The notes under the pieces were generated by a model. The model was not told the DNA's origin. It ran no database searches and was given only the letters and a program-made list of their open reading frames with translations. A DNA stretch of 63,040 nucleotides, counting the filler, from Anaerolineae bacterium (GTDB lineage: Bacteria; Chloroflexota; Anaerolineae; B4-G1; DUEL01), in assembly GCA_041082215.1 (NCBI GenBank). It is 5 parts of 5 records of this genome, joined end to end, with 100 filler letters (N's around TTAATTAATTAA, not from the genome) between each part and the next. Parts side by side here need not be neighbours in the genome. Positions count along the whole stretch, not along the records: positions 55,904 to 61,406 come from JBDOIF010000093.1; positions 61,507 to 63,040 come from JBDOIF010000096.1; 3 more parts are not named here. One strand, 5' to 3'. Positions 59,096 to 63,040 of the stretch are shown piece after piece. Each line of letters begins with the position of its first letter. Within the stretch, counting starts at the first letter, position 1. The position numbers and the translations under genes are program-made.

Positions 59096-59134
59096 ACACC
59101 CCCGCTGGCCGGGCCGCTGGTGGGGGTGTTTTTT
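59096..59134 (+). terminator. Probable intrinsic terminator
   Basis: ACACCCCCGC...GTGGGGGTGT followed by a T-run. Confidence 0.65.
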
Positions 59135-59148
59135 CCCTGGAGGAGAGA

Positions 59149-59760
59149 ATGCGGCACGAGTTCCTTATCCTGCTGGTTGGGCTGGCCTACGCTCTGATCT
59201 TTCGCCTCCTGGCCTGGATGCGCAAGGACGCCTTTTCCCTCCAGTTCATCCTAGAGGCCGTGGTGCTGACGGCGCTGGCCGCGGCCCTTTCGTTCCTGGG
59301 CGTGCTGCGGCTGGACCCCGTCCTCTTCGTCCTGCTCCTGTATTTTCTGACCATGCGATCCCCTCTGCTGGTGGACCTGGCGAACCTGATCGCGCGGTCG
59401 GGCCGCTTCGAGCTGGCGGAACGGGTCTACGGCCTGGCCAGCCGCCTCTGGCCGGATGAGCCTGCTCGACGGGTCATCGCGATGAACCACGGGGCGGCGC
59501 TGATCCTCCAGAACCGCATCTCTGAGGCCATCCCCCTCCTCGAGGGGGTGCTGGAGATCTCAGGGCTATCCCCAAAGCACGCCGCTGCAACCCACTACAA
59601 TCTGGGGATCGCTTACCGCTGTCAGGGGGATAACCAGAAGTCCAACAAACACCTGCATGAAGCGATTGACGCTTTCCCTGGCTCGATCTACGCCCGGCGT
59701 GCCCAGGCCTTGCTGAAGAAACGGGCGGAAGAAAAAGAACTGCCCTCCGATCAGGGGTAG
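59149..59760 (+). CDS. Membrane protein with C-terminal TPR repeats
   Basis: Three TMs; AATHYNLGIAY TPR pattern. Confidence 0.75.
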   Translation: MRHEFLILLVGLAYALIFRLLAWMRKDAFSLQFILEAVVLTALAAALSFLGVLRLDPVLFVLLLYFLTMRSPLLVDLANLIARSGRFELAERVYGLASRLWPDEPARRVIAMNHGAALILQNRISEAIPLLEGVLEISGLSPKHAAATHYNLGIAYRCQGDNQKSNKHLHEAIDAFPGSIYARRAQALLKKRAEEKELPSDQG

Positions 59761-59764
59761 AACC

Positions 59765-60514
59765 GTGGGGCTGGTGCTGGTTGTTCTGACAGGGCTGGCG
59801 GTGGGAGCGATCGTCAACCGGCTGGGGACCGATCTGCCGGCCCGTCACCCTCCGCGTTATCCCCGTTGCCCCTATTGCGGTCGGCTCCGGCCCTGGTACC
59901 ACTGGGTGAGCCTCCCGGCCTACGCCCTGGGCCGGACGCGATGCCCCTACTGCTCGGCACCGATCCCTGTCCGCTATCCGCTGGTCGAGCTGGCCCTCGC
60001 TTTCCTCTTCGGCTTCCTCTTCCTGCGGTACGGCCCGACGGCCCGCTTCGGCTTCTTCGCCGCCTATACCGCCGTCTTCGCCCTGGCGGCGGTCACCGAC
60101 CTGGAGCGCCGGCTGATCCTCAACGTCGTCACCCTGCCGGGGATGGCGCTCGCCCTCGTCGGCTCCTTCTTCACCGGCCACGTCACCTGGTGGAGCGCGC
60201 TCCTGGGAGGGCTGGTGGGCTACATCTTCTTCCTTATCGCCGCCCTGCTGGGCAACCTGCTGGTGGGGCCGGGGGCGCTGGGCGGCGGGGATGTCAAGCT
60301 GGCCGCCTTCGTGGGGATGGTGACCGGCTTTCCCTTCGTCATCGAAGCGCTGGTCCTGGCCATCCTCAGCGGAGGACTGATCAGCGTGACGCTGCTCCTC
60401 CTTCGGCTCCGTTCCATGCGCGACCCCATCCCCTACGGCCCCTTCCTCATCCTCGGAGGCTGGGTGACGATGATCTGGGGGATGGAGATCGCCAGGTGGT
60501 TTCTTTTTAGATAA
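59765..60514 (+). CDS. Type IV prepilin peptidase (A24)
   Basis: CPYC..CPYC, YPLVE, TDLE, GGGDVKL and IPYGPFL. Confidence 0.9.
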   Translation: MGLVLVVLTGLAVGAIVNRLGTDLPARHPPRYPRCPYCGRLRPWYHWVSLPAYALGRTRCPYCSAPIPVRYPLVELALAFLFGFLFLRYGPTARFGFFAAYTAVFALAAVTDLERRLILNVVTLPGMALALVGSFFTGHVTWWSALLGGLVGYIFFLIAALLGNLLVGPGALGGGDVKLAAFVGMVTGFPFVIEALVLAILSGGLISVTLLLLRLRSMRDPIPYGPFLILGGWVTMIWGMEIARWFLFR

Positions 60515-60517
60515 AAA

Positions 60518-61405
60518 TTACCTTCGCTGCGTTCGCGGACGGAAGATGAGCCGCAACGGGGTTCCGGTAAAGGGGTAGGCCTCCCGGATCCGGTTCTCCA
60601 GATACCGCTCGTAGGAAAAGTGGACCAGGTCCGGGTCGTTGACATGAAAGACAAACGTGGGCGGGGTTATCTCCGGCTGGCTGACGTAGTAGATTTTCAG
60701 CCGCTTCCCCCGCTTGCTGGGCGGCGCCTGACGGGCTACTGCATCCCGGATGATGCGGTTCAGCTCCCCCGTAGGTATACGGTACTGCCGGGCCTGATGC
60801 ACCGCAAGCGCCTCCGGGATGACCCGGTTCACCCGCTGTCCGGTCAGCGCTGAAATAAAGAGGACCGGCACATAGTCCAGGAACTTCAGTGCCTGCCGGA
60901 CATGCCGGGTATACTCCTGCATGGTGTGGGTCTCCTTCTCGACCGCGTCCCATTTGTTGACCAGCACCACTACCCCACACCATTCGTCAAGGATAAACGA
61001 GGCCACGTGGGCATCCTGCGCGGTGACCCCATCGGTGGCATCAATCAGGAGAAGGGCCACATCGGCCCGCTGGATGGCCCGTAGCGCCCGGAGGACGGAG
61101 TACCGCTCCACGCCCGGCTGCACCTTCCCCCGGCGTCGAATCCCGGCAGTGTCGATCAGCGTGATGGGGACCCCCTCCCACTCCATCCGCGTATCTATGG
61201 CGTCCCGCGTGGTGCCGGGAACCGGGCTGACGATGGCCCGTTCCTCCCCCAGCAGCCGGTTCAGCAGGGAGGACTTGCCCACATTCGGCCGGCCGACGAT
61301 GGCCAGCTTCACCGACTCGTCCTCCGGCTCCCCCGCCCACGTCGGCAACGCCTCCACAACCCGGTCCAGCAGGTCCGCCACCCCCTGCCCGTGGAGGGCA
61401 GAAAT
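60518..61405 (-). CDS. der: Ribosome biogenesis GTPase Der, C-terminal part (truncated by contig end)
   Basis: GRPNVGKSS, GTTRD, DTAG, NKWD and KH-like domain. Confidence 0.95.
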   Translation of the reverse strand: MSALHGQGVADLLDRVVEALPTWAGEPEDESVKLAIVGRPNVGKSSLLNRLLGEERAIVSPVPGTTRDAIDTRMEWEGVPITLIDTAGIRRRGKVQPGVERYSVLRALRAIQRADVALLLIDATDGVTAQDAHVASFILDEWCGVVVLVNKWDAVEKETHTMQEYTRHVRQALKFLDYVPVLFISALTGQRVNRVIPEALAVHQARQYRIPTGELNRIIRDAVARQAPPSKRGKRLKIYYVSQPEITPPTFVFHVNDPDLVHFSYERYLENRIREAYPFTGTPLRLIFRPRTQRR

Positions 61406-61406
61406 G

Positions 61407-61506
61407 NNNNNNNNNNNNNNNNNNNNNNNNNNNNNNNNNNNNNNNNNNNNTTAATTAATTAANNNNNNNNNNNNNNNNNNNNNNNNNNNNNNNNNNNNNN
61501 NNNNNN
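61407..61506. other. Artificial contig linker
   Basis: N-run, TTAATTAATTAA, N-run. Confidence 0.98.
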
Positions 61507-62079
61507 AGCCCCGAGATGATTGCCCGCGCCCGGGCCAACGCGCGGGCCGCCGGAGTGGAGGTCCGCTTTGAGGTCGCCGGATTCGGCGAACTCTCTGCTT
61601 GCTTCGGCGGCGGCTTTGACGGCGTCCTCTGCCTGGGCAACTCCCTGCCCCACGTCCTGACACTGGACGCTCTGCGCGCGGCCCTGGCCGACTTCGCCGC
61701 CTGCCTGCGGCCCGGCGGTGTCCTGCTGATTCAAAACCTCAACTACGACCGGATTCTGGCCCGGCGGGAGCGCTGGATGGAGCCCCAGGCCCACCGGGAG
61801 GGGGAACAGGAATGGCTCTTCCTGCGTTTCTACGACTTTGACCCCGACGGCCTGCTCACCTTCAACATCGTCCGGCTCTACCGCGCAGGCGGCCCGTGGG
61901 AGCAGCGGGTCCTCTCCACCCGTCTCTGGCCCCTGCGGCAGGCGGAACTGGTGGCCGCACTGGCGGAGGCCGGATTCACGGCGCTCAACCTCTACGGAGA
62001 TATGCAGGGCGCGCCCTTTGATCCCGAGCGGAGCCCGAATCTGGTTGCCGTTGCAGTCCGGAAACCGCAACGGCGTTGA
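61507..62079 (+). CDS. Class I SAM-dependent methyltransferase, 5'-truncated
   Basis: SPEMIARAR, FDGVLCLGNSLPH and LRPGG. Confidence 0.85.
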   Translation, partial: SPEMIARARANARAAGVEVRFEVAGFGELSACFGGGFDGVLCLGNSLPHVLTLDALRAALADFAACLRPGGVLLIQNLNYDRILARRERWMEPQAHREGEQEWLFLRFYDFDPDGLLTFNIVRLYRAGGPWEQRVLSTRLWPLRQAELVAALAEAGFTALNLYGDMQGAPFDPERSPNLVAVAVRKPQRR

Positions 62080-62106
62080 GGGGTATTCCTCCGAGGAGGC
62101 CTGACG

Positions 62107-62715
62107 ATGAAGCGGGTCATAGGAAGTATGCTGGCAGCGCTGGGCGGCTCCTTCGCCCTTTTTCTGACGGTGGGGTTTGCTCTCGGCACCCGTGCCCAGA
62201 ACTACGAGGCGTGGTGGATCAGTCTCCCCCTCGGCTTTCCGCTGGTGTGGACGCTTTTCGGCCTCGCCTGGGCAACAGGGACAAAGCGCCGCGTCCGCCC
62301 TGTGGTCGGTGTTCTGATCAGCCTGGGAGCCCTGGAGTATGCGGGGTTTTTCGCCTACGCCACTTTGGGAATCAGTCGCCAGGTGTCCAGGTCTGCCAGC
62401 CTCCTGGCCGGGGCCGCGTATCTGGCCCTCTTCCCATTGTGGCTGCTGGCTCTCCTCTTCGCCGCAATCGCCTGGGCTCTCCTCAGAGGTCAGAATTTAC
62501 GCGGGGTACGCTCCATATTTCTGGGCATCACGACAGCCTGGCTGGCCGCCTGGCTGGGGTTCTGGGGAGTATGGTTTCCTCGCATGGGAAACATCCGTCT
62601 CCTGACCCCCCAGTCCTGGCTGATCCACGCTTTCTTCTGGCTTCCGGCCCTACTCACCCTTGTATTCGCTCTGACATTGAGGAGGGGTGGCTCCAGTGGT
62701 GAGCAAGATGGATGA
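62107..62715 (+). CDS. Hypothetical multi-TM membrane protein
   Basis: GGAGG RBS; about six hydrophobic segments. Confidence 0.7.
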   Translation: MKRVIGSMLAALGGSFALFLTVGFALGTRAQNYEAWWISLPLGFPLVWTLFGLAWATGTKRRVRPVVGVLISLGALEYAGFFAYATLGISRQVSRSASLLAGAAYLALFPLWLLALLFAAIAWALLRGQNLRGVRSIFLGITTAWLAAWLGFWGVWFPRMGNIRLLTPQSWLIHAFFWLPALLTLVFALTLRRGGSSGEQDG

Positions 62716-63040
62716 GAGAGGAAAAACGCAGGTGCTTATCCTGGGCGCCGGCTTCGCCGGACTGTACACCGCGCTCCACCTGGACCGTCTCCTGCCGGAA
62801 GACACACCGGTGGAGGTCACGCTGGTGGACCAGAGCCACTTCCACCTTTTCACGCCGCTGTTGCACGAAGCCGCCAGCGGGGTCATCCATCCTGGCCTCA
62901 TTATGACCCCTATCCGGCGGCTCCTGCGGCGCAGCCGGGTCCGATTCCTGCGCGCCCGCGTGGACAGGATTGACCTGGAACACCGCCGGGTGCAACTCTG
63001 TTGCATCGTCCTGCCCTACGACATCCTGGTGATTGCCCTG
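62708..63040 (+). CDS. Type II NADH dehydrogenase-like FAD oxidoreductase, 3'-truncated
   Basis: Manual translation: MDERGKTQVLILGAGFAGL...LFTPLLHEAASG...YDILVIAL. Confidence 0.85.
   Translation, partial: MDERGKTQVLILGAGFAGLYTALHLDRLLPEDTPVEVTLVDQSHFHLFTPLLHEAASGVIHPGLIMTPIRRLLRRSRVRFLRARVDRIDLEHRRVQLCCIVLPYDILVIAL

Overview
GC-rich bacterial genome fragment, most likely Chloroflexota (Anaerolineae-like, inferred from the 16S and gene style). It is a pseudo-scaffold of five contigs joined by artificial N-TTAATTAATTAA-N linkers (29698-29797, 54327-54426, 55804-55903, 61407-61506), so gene order across those gaps carries no meaning. Contents: a complete rRNA operon whose 23S is split by a 679-nt group I intron at E. 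coli position 1923 encoding an I-CeuI-like LAGLIDADG homing endonuclease; 8 tRNAs (one with the uncommon Arg-GCG anticodon); tmRNA; and about 50 CDS covering housekeeping, cell envelope, Fe-S assembly and transport. No CRISPR array, prophage or transposase was seen. There are three families of small non-autonomous TIR elements with target-site duplications, plus several REP-like and 7/8-mer repeat tracts. Best candidates for little-described systems: (i) an operon with two cysteine-free Get3/ArsA-like ATPases carrying complementary degenerate catalytic motifs, two paralogous small hydrophobic proteins and a CxxC protein; (ii) a YghO/ceramide-synthase-like GNAT + adenylating ligase + ACP operon with no SPT in the window; (iii) the L1923 intron. 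The 16S also shows a compensated G19:C916 pseudoknot pair that mismatches two common universal primers. All protein family calls come from motif recognition, not database searches.
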